DNA of 52,485 bases from Deltaproteobacteria bacterium (GCA_046583355.1 JAYGCM010000062.1:1-52485), one strand, 5' to 3'. Shown: positions 24,842-35,345, counted from the first letter of the stretch. The notes: generated from the letters alone by a model not told the origin. Numbers and translations: made by a program.

Positions 24842-26404
24842 TCAGCCGCGCCGGGCAAGTCCCAAAGCCAGGAGGCTCGCGATCAGGCATGCCAGCGCGA
24901 AGACATCGCCGTGACGCTGGTAGAATGTCGAGATCGAGAGCAGGCCAACCGCACCGCGCAACACCCCCTTGACGTCGCGGCCCAACTCCCGCTCGATCGA
25001 GCCATAGGGATTGATCAGGGCCGAGATACCCGTAGTCGTGGAGCGCACCACCCAGGTACGGTTTTCTATCGCGCGGAGGCGAACCATCAGAAGGTGTTGC
25101 TCGGGGCCCGCACCCGGGCCCAGCCAGGCATCGTTGGAGAGATTGACGAGCAGCTTCGCCCCCTCGTTCATTTGAGCCCGGACGCTGCCCGGAAAGATCG
25201 CCTCGAAACAGATCGCGATGGCGATACGCCCGTGCGCAGTCTCGACAAAGGAAGGACCCTCGCCGGGGGTAAAGGAACGCACACGCTCAAAACGGCGTAG
25301 GAACTCGATCATACGAAGCGGGAAATACTCACCGAATGGCAGTAGGTGTTGCTTGTCGTAGCGCTCGACCAAGCCCTCTTCGGGCGTCAGGTAGAACGCT
25401 GAATTCCGATAGGACCCGCCCGCCGCATCGCCACCCTCGCGATGCGGGCCACCGAGGATCAGCTCCGTATCCCACTCCGCCACAGCCGATTCCAGGGCAA
25501 AACGATAGGGAGCATCGGTGGCAAGAAAGAAATTCACCGAGCTTTCGGGCCAGACAATCAGCTCGGCACCAGCCTTGGCCGCAGCATCCGAGAGTTCCAG
25601 ATAATCGTCCAGGCCGAGCCCGTAGAATTCCTCCTGCCAATGCGCGCCGAGGTCCTGATTTCCCTGCACGACCGCAACCGAAAGCTCCGGGCCTGGCACC
25701 ATCGGATTGAGCAGGTGCCAGACGCCGTAGACACCCGGCAAGAGCACAGCCAGGGCAAGCGTGGTGAGTGCCTCCTTCAGACGCACACCGGATTCTTCAC
25801 CGAAGCCCACCCAGCATTCCACCAGGGCCGCATTCGCCAGCACCAGAAAGAAGGAGAGAATATAGACCCCGCCGATATCCGCGAGCTGGGCAAAGCCGAG
25901 GCCCGGCACCAGCGCATAGCCGAGCAGCAGCCACGGGTCGCCCGTCAACAGACTCGCGCGCGCCCATTCCCAGCTAACGAAGAGCGCCGCGATGGCGAGG
26001 GTGCGCGGAAAGGCCGACCAGCGCCGCGGTAGCCTGGCGATGCAAAAGGCGAATGCCGCCGCGTAGGTCGCATAGAAAATAATCGAGGCTGCCAGCGAGA
26101 AGAGAATCCCGAAGAGCAGCGGCTGGTTGTAATAATGGGAGATCCCCAGCGGCACCCAATAGCCCTGCAACCAGATCGATACGGTGCCCCAGAGAAAACC
26201 AAGCCATAAGGCCCGCCGGCCGCTCACGCCGCGCAAGGCGAGGAGAAAAGGCGCCAATGCCACCCACGCCGCGAGCGATTGGTGCCAGGGCGGAAAAGCG
26301 ATCGCATGCAGCCATGCCGAGAGCAGGACCAGCGCGAGCCGTATGCGCATCCCCGCCGGCCTTACGACGGAGGCTCGAGGGGCAGACGCAGCTACACTTG
26401 CCAC
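24842..26404 (-). CDS. lnt: Apolipoprotein N-acyltransferase
   Basis: N-terminal TMs; VQGN, WPES (Glu), YDKQHLLPFGEY (Lys), ICFEAIF (Cys), SNDAW, RAIEN; start GTG 26404 or ATG 26350. Confidence 0.93.
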   Translation of the reverse strand: MASVAASAPRASVVRPAGMRIRLALVLLSAWLHAIAFPPWHQSLAAWVALAPFLLALRGVSGRRALWLGFLWGTVSIWLQGYWVPLGISHYYNQPLLFGILFSLAASIIFYATYAAAFAFCIARLPRRWSAFPRTLAIAALFVSWEWARASLLTGDPWLLLGYALVPGLGFAQLADIGGVYILSFFLVLANAALVECWVGFGEESGVRLKEALTTLALAVLLPGVYGVWHLLNPMVPGPELSVAVVQGNQDLGAHWQEEFYGLGLDDYLELSDAAAKAGAELIVWPESSVNFFLATDAPYRFALESAVAEWDTELILGGPHREGGDAAGGSYRNSAFYLTPEEGLVERYDKQHLLPFGEYFPLRMIEFLRRFERVRSFTPGEGPSFVETAHGRIAIAICFEAIFPGSVRAQMNEGAKLLVNLSNDAWLGPGAGPEQHLLMVRLRAIENRTWVVRSTTTGISALINPYGSIERELGRDVKGVLRGAVGLLSISTFYQRHGDVFALACLIASLLALGLARRG

Positions 26405-26411
26405 GGCCCGC

Positions 26412-26789
26412 TCAATCCTCGGCGCGCGTGCGGCCGGTCAGGAGCCACGCCAGAACAGCCACCGCGAGACCGATGCCTGCACCGGTCGCCATATTGGCCG
26501 CCATGCAACGCGGCCCGCAGGTCGGCACGGCCAGCGAGATGAACCCCAAGGGCAGCATCGCCAGGCCGCCGACAACAATCCCGCGCCACCAGAAGAGGCG
26601 CGGCCGCACGCTGATGCCGACCAGAAGACCGATCGACATACGCATCAGATACCAGGCCCAGACGGCCCAGGCCCCGCCGATATAGAATTGGTCGAATTTC
26701 TCGGCGATCGGCCCGTGCAGGAAAACGGGCACACACCCGAGCACAATACCCAGCAGGGCACAGGTCCAGACATATGAGAGTCGCGGCAT
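26412..26789 (-). CDS. Small hypothetical membrane protein (about 4 TM)
   Basis: MPRLSYVWTCALLG...; four hydrophobic stretches; CGPRC motif; fits the operon between the radical SAM gene and lnt. Confidence 0.7.
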   Translation of the reverse strand: MPRLSYVWTCALLGIVLGCVPVFLHGPIAEKFDQFYIGGAWAVWAWYLMRMSIGLLVGISVRPRLFWWRGIVVGGLAMLPLGFISLAVPTCGPRCMAANMATGAGIGLAVAVLAWLLTGRTRAED

Positions 26790-26823
26790 CCGGACGCCAC
26801 CATGGCGAAGCTTGGCGAAAGGG

Positions 26824-28506
26824 TCAATTCGTCGGGCGCAGCGAGCCCGTTTCGCGCGCCTGGCGGGCGAAGACCGAGGCAAGGAAATCGAACCAGCCGC
26901 GCTCTTCCCCGCCGGCCTCGCGCCACAGACGCTGCGCGACCGCCAATTCGCGACCATAGCCAACGGCCATGCGTGCGATCTCCGGCGCGCGGCGGCGCAG
27001 GTGGCGCAGACGCCCGTCGACCGGCAGGCCGGCGCGGCGGTCGCGGCGTGGCCGCTGACGAAGAAAACCCGTCATCATCGGATGGAAATCCTCGACCCGA
27101 GTGGCACACGCGTACCAGAGGTAATTCTGCAGCAGGGTCGCGCGCTGCTCACGGGGCCAGGCCGCGAGCCGGCGGCGGCGATGCGCGAAGGAGTAGAACT
27201 CGCGCCACGCATCTTTGTAGGCCGACTCGGCCTCGTCGCGTGACATGCTCTGTGGCGTGACGACAGCATGAAATGTGTCATGACGGTTCAAATCGGGGTC
27301 GATCGCGATGCCGGCGGCACGCGCCGCAGTATGGTCGGCCGAGCCGGCCAGCGGCGTGAGCAGGAAGAAGGAGGCGAGGTCGACCCCGATCTCGTCACGC
27401 AGACACGCCACATCGCGCGCGACCGACGCCGGCGTATCGTCGGGGAAGCCGATGATATAGCCGGCATGCACGAAGATGCCGGCGCGCTGCCAGGCACGCA
27501 CAATCTCCCCGTACTCCGCGACCCGGTTCTGTTTCTTGCCCGAGGCGGCAAGCGCCCTTTCATCGAGCGACTCCATGCCGAGGAAGACCTGGAAGCAGCC
27601 CGCGCGACGCGCCAACTCGATGAAATCTTTCTGCCGATGCGCCAGCAGATCGCTCTGCATCAGGAAGCGAATCGGCTTATCCTCGTCCTCGCGTAACCTG
27701 ATAAGCTCTTCGAGAAGTTCACGCCAATGCGGGCTACGCGCGAAGTCGTCGTCGGTGAAAAAATACTGGTCGATGCCACCTGCGCGGTGGCGCCGTCGCA
27801 CCATCTCGGCGATCCGCTGCGGCGCACGCGCACGCATCTTGCGCCCCTGGATCTGGATGATCGTGCAAAACGAGCACGAAAACGGGCAGCCCCGGCTGGA
27901 GTCCATCGTGACAAAGGAGGAATGGACAAAACGCCGCATCAGCCGCGGATCCGGCAGCGGCAAGGCGCTCGCGTCGAGTGCCGGTAGAGCAAGCATGGTA
28001 TCGTAGAGCTGGGCGAGCCGGCCTGCCGCCGCGTCGGCGAGAATTCCAGCCCAGGTGTCTTCGACCTCGCCGCGCACCAGAACCACGCCGAGCGCTTGCA
28101 GTTCACGGATTTCAGCAGGTGCGTCCGATCCACACGGCGAACCCGAAACATGAAAACCGCCGATCAGAACCGCCACGCCGGCAGCCCGAAAGCGCCGCGC
28201 CAGCTCCAGCGCGCGCGGCATCTGGCTTGTCTGCACGCCGACCAGACAGACGATCACCACGACGCCTTGCCGGCGCGCCGCGCGCAGAATACGACGCTCG
28301 GGCAGGGCCTCGACCGATTCATCGTGCGAGAAGACGCGCAGCTCCGTGCCGCCGGGTAGCCCCTCCTGGCGCACGGCTTCGCTCAACCCGCCGAGGCAGG
28401 CAAGCGTATTGGACGGCAGGATACCGCGGCGATGCCGCAGCAGGTAGCCCTCGTCGTCGTATTTTGTCGGACGGACGAGAAAAACCTGGAGCTCGCGTGC
28501 GACCAA
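26824..28506 (-). CDS. Radical SAM protein with probable N-terminal cobalamin-binding domain
   Basis: SRGCPFSCSFC (CxxxCxxC), TDDDF, GMESL, YIIGFP; N-terminal Rossmann-like GGFHVSG...GEVE. Confidence 0.88.
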   Translation of the reverse strand: MVARELQVFLVRPTKYDDEGYLLRHRRGILPSNTLACLGGLSEAVRQEGLPGGTELRVFSHDESVEALPERRILRAARRQGVVVIVCLVGVQTSQMPRALELARRFRAAGVAVLIGGFHVSGSPCGSDAPAEIRELQALGVVLVRGEVEDTWAGILADAAAGRLAQLYDTMLALPALDASALPLPDPRLMRRFVHSSFVTMDSSRGCPFSCSFCTIIQIQGRKMRARAPQRIAEMVRRRHRAGGIDQYFFTDDDFARSPHWRELLEELIRLREDEDKPIRFLMQSDLLAHRQKDFIELARRAGCFQVFLGMESLDERALAASGKKQNRVAEYGEIVRAWQRAGIFVHAGYIIGFPDDTPASVARDVACLRDEIGVDLASFFLLTPLAGSADHTAARAAGIAIDPDLNRHDTFHAVVTPQSMSRDEAESAYKDAWREFYSFAHRRRRLAAWPREQRATLLQNYLWYACATRVEDFHPMMTGFLRQRPRRDRRAGLPVDGRLRHLRRRAPEIARMAVGYGRELAVAQRLWREAGGEERGWFDFLASVFARQARETGSLRPTN

Positions 28507-28515
28507 AACCGACGC

Positions 28516-30423
28516 CTAAAGAATCCGACTCGCCAATTGATAGGTGACGAAGCTGCCACCCCAGGCGAGTACAAGCATATAGGTGAACGCGAGTGCCGGC
28601 CATTTCCAGCTACCCGTCTCGCGCGCCATCACCACGATAGTCGAGCTACATTGCAAGGCGAAGACGAAGAAGACCAGCAGGGAGAGAGCGGTCGGCAGGT
28701 CGAAGACAGGGCGACCTGTTCTGGGGTCGATATCGCTGCGCAACGCCTCGCGCAGATCGAAACTATCGGTCGAATCCGACACCGCGTAGATCTGCGCCAT
28801 GGTCGAGACGATGACCTCGCGCGCCACCAAGCTGGCCACCAGGCCCACGCCGATCTTCCAATCGAAACCCAAGGGCGCGATGGCCGGCTCGATGAAATGC
28901 CCGAGTTGCGAGGCCGCGCTTGCTTCGAGGTTTGCCTGGGCTTGCTCGACCTCAGTAAATTGCGGATTTTCCGGTGCCTTGGGATAGCTCATCAAAACCC
29001 AGAGAACGATCGACGCAGCCAGAATAATGGTGCCGGCACGCTTGAGAAAAGCCGACGCGCTGCCCCAGACCTGGCGGCCGAGCAGGCGCCAGGTCGGCCA
29101 GCGGTACGGCGGCAACTCCATATAGAAGACCGAGATCTGCCCGCGCAGCATGGTCGAGGTCAGAAGCGCGGCGGTGCCGAAGGCCGTAAGCGCGCCGAGC
29201 AGATAGAGGCCGAGCATCACCAACCCCTGCAGGCCCAGCGGCCCCACGGATGTGGCCGGCACAAACGCAGCGATCAGCAGCGCGTAGACCGGCAGACGTG
29301 CCGAGCAGGTCATGAAAGGAGCGACGAGAATCGTTGCCAGGCGCTCGCGCGGCGAAGCGATCGTGCGTGCGGCCATCATGCCGGGGATGGCACAGGCAAA
29401 ACACGAGAGAAGGGGCACGAAGCTGCGCCCCTGCAAGCCCGCCCAGCCCATCACCCGGTCGACCACGAAAGCGGCGCGGGCCATATAACCGACGTCCTGA
29501 AGAAGGTGAAGAAAGGTGAAGAGGATGATGATCTGCGGCAGAAAAATCACCACCCCGCCCACGCCGGCAAGGATTGCGTCGGCGACCAGATCGGCCGGCC
29601 AACCCACCGGCAGGACTGCGCGCGAGGCCGCGGCCAGGCTGCCGAAGGCCGCGTCAATCGCATCCATCGCAGGGACGGCCCAGGCGAAGATACTCTGGAA
29701 AAGCAGCACCATCACCAGCGCGAAGATGCCGAGTCCGAAAACGGGGTGGAGCAGCACGCGGTCGATATGGTCGCTGCGCGTATCGGGGCCAAGAGTATCG
29801 GCCGCCGCAGCCGCGCAAAGCGCATCGACACGGCGGAAGCGCTCGTCGTGTTCGGCCATCCTCGGAAGCCGCTGGGCCGCGGGCCAACTGGCCGGGTCCA
29901 AAAGGAAGCGACGCAAAGGCTCAAGGCCAATTCCGCGGTGACCGACCACGCCGAGGACGTGAATCCCCAACTCGCGGCCCAATGCAGCCGGGTCAAGACG
30001 CCCGCCGCGCGCCTTGACCTCGTCAATCATGGTCAGCACCAACAAGGTGGGCAGGCCGTGCTCGATGGCCTCGATCACCAGGCCGAGGCTACGCCGCAGG
30101 CTGGTCGCATCCGCAACCACAAGCAAAGCATCGGGCAAGGGCTCGCCGGGGATCTGGCCGCCCAAGACCTGGTGGACGATCCGCTCGTCGGGGGTCTCGC
30201 CCTCCAGCGCGTAGGTGCCGGGAAGGTCGAGAATGCGGACTTTCTCCTCGACCTTGGTCAGGTAGCCCTGGCGCCGCTCCACCGTGACACCGGCGTAATT
30301 CCCCACGCGCGCACTGGAGCCGGTGAGCGCATTGAAGAGTGTCGTCTTGCCGGCGTTCGGCGAACCGACCAGCGCAATCGTCATCGGACGCGAGGCCCCG
30401 CCCGGTGCCACGGCCGCACTCAT
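28516..30423 (-). CDS. feoB: Ferrous iron transporter FeoB
   Basis: GSPNAGKT (G1), VGNYAGVTVE, DLPGTY (G3), ACAIPG, FMTCSARLPVY; start overlaps the feoA stop. Confidence 0.96.
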   Translation of the reverse strand: MSAAVAPGGASRPMTIALVGSPNAGKTTLFNALTGSSARVGNYAGVTVERRQGYLTKVEEKVRILDLPGTYALEGETPDERIVHQVLGGQIPGEPLPDALLVVADATSLRRSLGLVIEAIEHGLPTLLVLTMIDEVKARGGRLDPAALGRELGIHVLGVVGHRGIGLEPLRRFLLDPASWPAAQRLPRMAEHDERFRRVDALCAAAAADTLGPDTRSDHIDRVLLHPVFGLGIFALVMVLLFQSIFAWAVPAMDAIDAAFGSLAAASRAVLPVGWPADLVADAILAGVGGVVIFLPQIIILFTFLHLLQDVGYMARAAFVVDRVMGWAGLQGRSFVPLLSCFACAIPGMMAARTIASPRERLATILVAPFMTCSARLPVYALLIAAFVPATSVGPLGLQGLVMLGLYLLGALTAFGTAALLTSTMLRGQISVFYMELPPYRWPTWRLLGRQVWGSASAFLKRAGTIILAASIVLWVLMSYPKAPENPQFTEVEQAQANLEASAASQLGHFIEPAIAPLGFDWKIGVGLVASLVAREVIVSTMAQIYAVSDSTDSFDLREALRSDIDPRTGRPVFDLPTALSLLVFFVFALQCSSTIVVMARETGSWKWPALAFTYMLVLAWGGSFVTYQLASRIL

Positions 30424-30671
30424 CAGGCCTGCGGCTCCACAGCCGGCCGAGGCGCCAAAGGCTCGACCTTCAATTCGGCGACCTGCTCGGCACGCAGGCA
30501 GAGCCGCGCGCCGCGAATTTCGAACTCGATCGGGTCGCCCAGAGGTGCACGGCGCACCACGCGCACCTCGGTCCCGGCCACAAAACCCAGCGACGCCAAG
30601 CGTGGGCTCGGCCGAGTATCTGCGGCCAGCCGTGCGCTCTCGCCAGGTGCCAGTTCTGCCAAAGACCTCAT
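30423..30671 (-). CDS. feoA: Ferrous iron transport protein FeoA
   Basis: LAELAPGESA...RLASLGFVAGTEVRVVRRAPLGDPIEFEIRG, an SH3-like FeoA; directly upstream of feoB. Confidence 0.95.
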   Translation of the reverse strand: MRSLAELAPGESARLAADTRPSPRLASLGFVAGTEVRVVRRAPLGDPIEFEIRGARLCLRAEQVAELKVEPLAPRPAVEPQA

Positions 30672-30791
30672 CTCGATCCTTTCTTACGTGCCGACTTGCA
30701 AGGGCGCCAACGCCGCAGCCGGCTCCCAGAGGTCCGCGTTTACCCCCCGCCGCAACGCTGCTAATTTCGGCATGGTGGATGAGGGAGAAGC

Positions 30792-33008
30792 ATGAGCGCG
30801 CCGGGCAACGATAGGGGTAGCGTCCGCGACGCATGGATCGCGCTGGCACTCGGCATCGCCGCCGCATGCCTGCACCTTCCCATGTTGCTCCTGGTCGCCG
30901 GCGGCTGCGATGAATGGCACGTCCTGCAGATCGGCGTAAACCTGCGCGCCGGCGACCTGCTCTATACCGACACGAACCATATTGCCGGGCCGGGGGCCTT
31001 CTACGGCGCCGCCGGTCTCTTCACCCTCTTCGGCGAGAGCTTCGCAGTGGCGCGCACGGCCATGCTCGGGCTCTTCTCGCTACTGGTCGCGTGCACCTAC
31101 CTGCTCTCGCGCCGCCTGGTCGGGCCGGTGGCCGCTACCATCGCAGCCCTCCTGCTGATCGCCTTTCGGCTCTGGACCTTCCCGCATTTCACGATTTTCC
31201 ATTACGCGACCACCGCGCTCATCATCGTCACGGCCGGTTTTTGGGTACTACGAGCACACGAGTCGCCGCAGCGCTGGCGCGTGATCGCGGCCGGGCTGAT
31301 CGGCGGCGTCGCCTTCATCACCAAACAGGACTCCGGTGCGCTCGGCGGGGCGGGCATCTTCCTCGCTCTGCTCGCCGGCTTCGCGATCCGCCGCCGCGCC
31401 GGCGGCGAGCGCGAGAAGGTCGGGCAAACGGCGACGCTTTTCCTCGTCGCTGCCGGCACGCCCTTTCTCCTCGCTTGCCTCTATTTCCTCGCCCACGGCG
31501 GACTCGGGCCCTACCTCTGGCAGACCATCTACGACCCGATCTTCCTGAACCAATTGATGGGCAGCGGCGGCGGGCCCGCGGCGGCCGATTACGTCGATAT
31601 CCCCGCCCTCTTCCCCCTCGCAAGCCAGGACGCCGACCTGCGCCATCTGCTTTTCAGCTGGATGCCCGGCCTGCTCTGGGACCTGCATTGGCGTGATGTG
31701 CTGAATAGCACGCTCTACCGCGACACGAATCTGCTCGATGTCTTCCTGAAAATTCTCTACCGGCTGCCGACCCTCTTCCTGCTCGGCGAGGCATTCTCGC
31801 TGGTTCGCAGCTGGCGGCGGCTGCGCCATGGTGCGGCAGCAGCCGATATCCGCGCGCTGGCGGCACGCGCCGCGCAGCTCGCCTTCACCGGCGGCATGTG
31901 GATGGCGTTCTCGAAGCCGCGCGATTGGATTCATTTCTCCATTCTTCTCGTACCCTTCCTGCCGATTTTTGCGCGACAATTGAGCGCATTGCTGGCGCGC
32001 CTGCCACGCGGCGCCCGCCCGCTGGTGGCTATCCCGGCCGCCGCAGCCGGCTTGCTCTTCGTGTTCGCCAGCGCCCACCTCGAGCGTGGCGCCATCGCCA
32101 CCTTTGACACCCCGGTCACGGGCAAGCGCGGCACCGTCTGGGTGCGCGCCGAGGACGCCATCGCCTTTCAGGGGCTGATCGACCATCTCGCCACGACGCC
32201 GGACGACCAAAAAGTATTGGTCGTCCCCTGCCTCCCGGTCCTGAGTTTTCTCGCCGATCGCCCCACGGCGTCGCGCTTCATCTGGCTCTGGCCGCGCGAT
32301 GCCTACGCCGACCGTGACGAGCAGATCATGGCAGCATTGGAGGCCGAGCCCGATACCAGCCTGGTTTATGTTTTGATGCATACGCCCTTCGCGCCACGCC
32401 CGCAGGTCGTCATCCCGGAACTCTTCGATTATGTCGCCGAGAATTATTTTCTCGACGAGGTGATTGGCGCCCCCGACCGTCTGGTCTGCGGCATCGCGGC
32501 GCGGCGCAGCGGCACCGAGGCCGTCGCGCATCTGCGCCTCGACGCCTCCCTCGACAACGCCCATGCCAGACTCGCCTCCGGAGCAGAGGTGCCGGTCGCC
32601 GAACTCGTCGGACTCGAGAATTGGCCGCTCACGCGCGGCGTCGTCTACCTGAAGCCGGGTGAGAACGCGCCGAATACCCTGAGTTGGCGCCTGCGCGTTC
32701 CCGAAGGGGCCCGCCTGCTCGCCAGCGCCGGCGTGCACCCCGACCTCTGGCAAAGCCTCGGTGCCTTCCCGCTACGACTCGGCATCGAACTCCGCTCTTC
32801 GCGTGGCACGGAGACGCTGCTGCGCACCGAAAAGGACGTCTTCGGACGCCCCGACGACCGCCTCTGGACGCCCGTCGATGCCGACCTAGCGGCATGGGCC
32901 GGCGAGGAGGTCGAGATCATCTTCTCGACCGAGGCGCTGGGCTGGAAACCCGGCCAGCGCGAAATGGCAGGCTTCGCCGAGGCGCGTATCGTAACGGCAC
33001 AGCCGTAG
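30792..33008 (+). CDS. GT-C fold (ArnT/PMT, GT39/GT83-like) membrane glycosyltransferase with periplasmic C-terminal domain
   Basis: First TM followed by DE (GCDEWH), G.LLY.D, about 10 TMs, TKQ motif, C-terminal beta-rich soluble domain. Confidence 0.72.
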   Translation: MSAPGNDRGSVRDAWIALALGIAAACLHLPMLLLVAGGCDEWHVLQIGVNLRAGDLLYTDTNHIAGPGAFYGAAGLFTLFGESFAVARTAMLGLFSLLVACTYLLSRRLVGPVAATIAALLLIAFRLWTFPHFTIFHYATTALIIVTAGFWVLRAHESPQRWRVIAAGLIGGVAFITKQDSGALGGAGIFLALLAGFAIRRRAGGEREKVGQTATLFLVAAGTPFLLACLYFLAHGGLGPYLWQTIYDPIFLNQLMGSGGGPAAADYVDIPALFPLASQDADLRHLLFSWMPGLLWDLHWRDVLNSTLYRDTNLLDVFLKILYRLPTLFLLGEAFSLVRSWRRLRHGAAAADIRALAARAAQLAFTGGMWMAFSKPRDWIHFSILLVPFLPIFARQLSALLARLPRGARPLVAIPAAAAGLLFVFASAHLERGAIATFDTPVTGKRGTVWVRAEDAIAFQGLIDHLATTPDDQKVLVVPCLPVLSFLADRPTASRFIWLWPRDAYADRDEQIMAALEAEPDTSLVYVLMHTPFAPRPQVVIPELFDYVAENYFLDEVIGAPDRLVCGIAARRSGTEAVAHLRLDASLDNAHARLASGAEVPVAELVGLENWPLTRGVVYLKPGENAPNTLSWRLRVPEGARLLASAGVHPDLWQSLGAFPLRLGIELRSSRGTETLLRTEKDVFGRPDDRLWTPVDADLAAWAGEEVEIIFSTEALGWKPGQREMAGFAEARIVTAQP

Positions 33009-33084
33009 AGACACGGCTCAAAAACAGACCTGCCCGACGCCTGATAATCGGCATTCACCGAGGTCGTCATGCCAGCGAGGAGAG

Positions 33085-35289
33085 TCAGGAACCCGGCAAG
33101 GGGTCGGGACCAACAGGCCCGGCCGCAAACGCGCGTGCCTCGACAATCACCTCGGCTGTCGCGAGCGGATCGCCGCTGCCCCATTGCACCAACTCGATAC
33201 GAAGCGTCCATTCCCCGTCAGGCCCGCCGACTGGCTGCACCACCACCGAAGAAGCCACCCGCTCGCCAGGACGAATATCCGCGATCAGGGGCGAGAAGGC
33301 TGGCGCCGGGTAGAGAATCTCGTTTCCCGCGGGGTCGACCCAGCGGTAGCTCAGGCCAACGAGGCCCGTGGGATGCACCGCGAAGCCGGGCCAGGCGCAT
33401 GCACTTTGGTTGCGAAAAACGACCGGAATGACGATCGGCACCGGCACCATCGCAACCACCGTCGGCGCATCGACCGACTCGATACGCGCCTGGCGGCAGG
33501 CCGGTGCCAGAGGAGATACCGAGATGCCGTCAAAGCTCTGCTGCGCCTCGCCCTGCATCTGACGCTCCAGCGTGGCGCGCCAACCGCTCGGGGCCTTCTG
33601 CGTGACCCGAAAGACCTCGGTTGAATCGATGCGCACCTCGGAGGCGAGTCCTGCAGGAAGCTCGCCTGCCCACAACGCCTCTTCGAAACCACGGTAGGGT
33701 AAAAATTCGTCACGATGCAGAACCAGGCGATCCACCTCCACAACCCGCGTCAATGCCGCTAGCGCATCCGGCGCGGGCAGGCGCCGGACAATAGCATTAT
33801 AGAAGGCGGCGACCGGCGGATTGTGTCCGGTCATTCCCCCCAGAAGCGGCCGCCAATGCAAGGTACTTGCGAGCATATAGCGCGCGTTGCGGTGGTCGCC
33901 GACAATATCGCGCTCGGTCGCGGTAGCCGGCAACTCAAGAATCGGCCCGCCCGGTGGCGCCTGGGCAAGCAGATCGTAGACGGCCTTGCGTGACTCGCCC
34001 AGACCGGCGGCGACCACATGGGCCGGCGCCCTCGCCCCGGCAACCGCAAACGCCGCCAACCCAACCAAGGTGAAGAGCGCTGCCCCACCCGCACCCGCCC
34101 GAGCTAGTAATCTTGCGGCGGCAAAGCCGCCGATTCCCGCGAGTGCGGCTGCGACAACCATGAAAAAACGCCCCGGCCCACGCAACTCGCCGAAGCCGGG
34201 CACGATCGCCTGCAACAGACCGTAGGGAGTCGGCAGGGGAAGGCCCCCCGGCAGGTGCGGGTCGGGTCCGGCCGAGAGCCATAGCGCCCAGAGTGCAATC
34301 GCCCAGAGTGCAATTTCTGCCCGAGCCAGCGGCCGCGGCCGCCCTTGCCAGCGCCCGACCAGACGCAGCAAGAGATCCCCCGCGATCAGCAGAAGCAGTG
34401 GCGCACCGACGCGATGCAAAAAGGGCGTGCCAAGATACCACCAGGGTTCAAACGACCAATCTCCCGAGACGCCGATCTCGTAGGCACTGATCATGCCGCT
34501 GGCCCGAGCCGCAAGATAGGGGAGCGCCACCGGCGCGGCCAATACGACGCCCGCCACACCGGCCAGAAGCAGGCCGATTGTCGCACGCAGGCGACCCGTC
34601 GGCTGCTGCGCCAGTCGCACCAGAATATACAAAGGCACGACGAGGAAGGTGAAGAGACCCAGGTAGAGGCAGGCCAGAGCCTGCAGCGCGAGTCCGGCAG
34701 AGAGCACAAGCAGCGCGCGCTTGCGCCCGCTGTCGAGCCAGAGATCGACACCGAGCAGCGCCAGCGGCAGATATTGGAAGCCCAGATATTGGGGGTGCGG
34801 GATATTCTGCACCCGCCACGGCGCAAAGGTGAAGGCCGCCCCAGCCAGCAGCGCGGCGGCAAAGCTCCGCGTATGGAAATAGACAAAGGCCCACATGGCG
34901 AGGCCGGAGAGGACGAAACTCTCGAAGACCATCGCCTTGAAGACGGCCAGCGCCTGGCCGGTCGCCATCCAGACCGCCGCAGTCACCGGCAGATGCGCGA
35001 GCATATTCTCCGAGCCAGCGATCGCATTGGCTGCGGGGAAAAAAATATTGCCGCCGAAGAGCTCGGACGAAAGCTCGGTGGCGGCGCGTGCGACCCAGCT
35101 GAGAATCCAGATATTCAGATAGAGGTCGGTATCCTCCATCATGCCGAGCGAAAGCTCGCTTGCGGGCAAGAGGTCGCCGGCGAGGAACCAGGGCCGCAGC
35201 AGCCAGGGAACCACCACACTGAAGGCGAGAAGAGCCAACAGCCCTTTGCCCAGCAATGCCCCTCTCGTCTCACCCTCTCGCCCCACCAT
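33085..35289 (-). CDS. Polytopic membrane protein, YfhO/GT-C-like, with C-terminal Ig-like domain
   Basis: D..LNIWILSW, NIFFP...SE, AFTFAPWR, LRGPGRF, ILELP, HWRPLLGG motifs; C-terminal F.N.S..AWP...LSYRW Ig-like segment. Confidence 0.7.
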   Translation of the reverse strand: MVGREGETRGALLGKGLLALLAFSVVVPWLLRPWFLAGDLLPASELSLGMMEDTDLYLNIWILSWVARAATELSSELFGGNIFFPAANAIAGSENMLAHLPVTAAVWMATGQALAVFKAMVFESFVLSGLAMWAFVYFHTRSFAAALLAGAAFTFAPWRVQNIPHPQYLGFQYLPLALLGVDLWLDSGRKRALLVLSAGLALQALACLYLGLFTFLVVPLYILVRLAQQPTGRLRATIGLLLAGVAGVVLAAPVALPYLAARASGMISAYEIGVSGDWSFEPWWYLGTPFLHRVGAPLLLLIAGDLLLRLVGRWQGRPRPLARAEIALWAIALWALWLSAGPDPHLPGGLPLPTPYGLLQAIVPGFGELRGPGRFFMVVAAALAGIGGFAAARLLARAGAGGAALFTLVGLAAFAVAGARAPAHVVAAGLGESRKAVYDLLAQAPPGGPILELPATATERDIVGDHRNARYMLASTLHWRPLLGGMTGHNPPVAAFYNAIVRRLPAPDALAALTRVVEVDRLVLHRDEFLPYRGFEEALWAGELPAGLASEVRIDSTEVFRVTQKAPSGWRATLERQMQGEAQQSFDGISVSPLAPACRQARIESVDAPTVVAMVPVPIVIPVVFRNQSACAWPGFAVHPTGLVGLSYRWVDPAGNEILYPAPAFSPLIADIRPGERVASSVVVQPVGGPDGEWTLRIELVQWGSGDPLATAEVIVEARAFAAGPVGPDPLPGS

Positions 35290-35345
35290 GCGCCGAACCT
35301 ACCGAAGCCAGCCCAGCGCTCAACCCCAACGCGTCATTGAGCAAC

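Noticed and set aside
30672..30791. Fur/DtxR box or metal riboswitch upstream of feoA
   Set aside because: No AT-rich palindrome or recognisable riboswitch consensus found.
28432..30795. 787-aa + strand ORF
   Set aside because: Antisense shadow of feoB/feoA with no recognisable domain.
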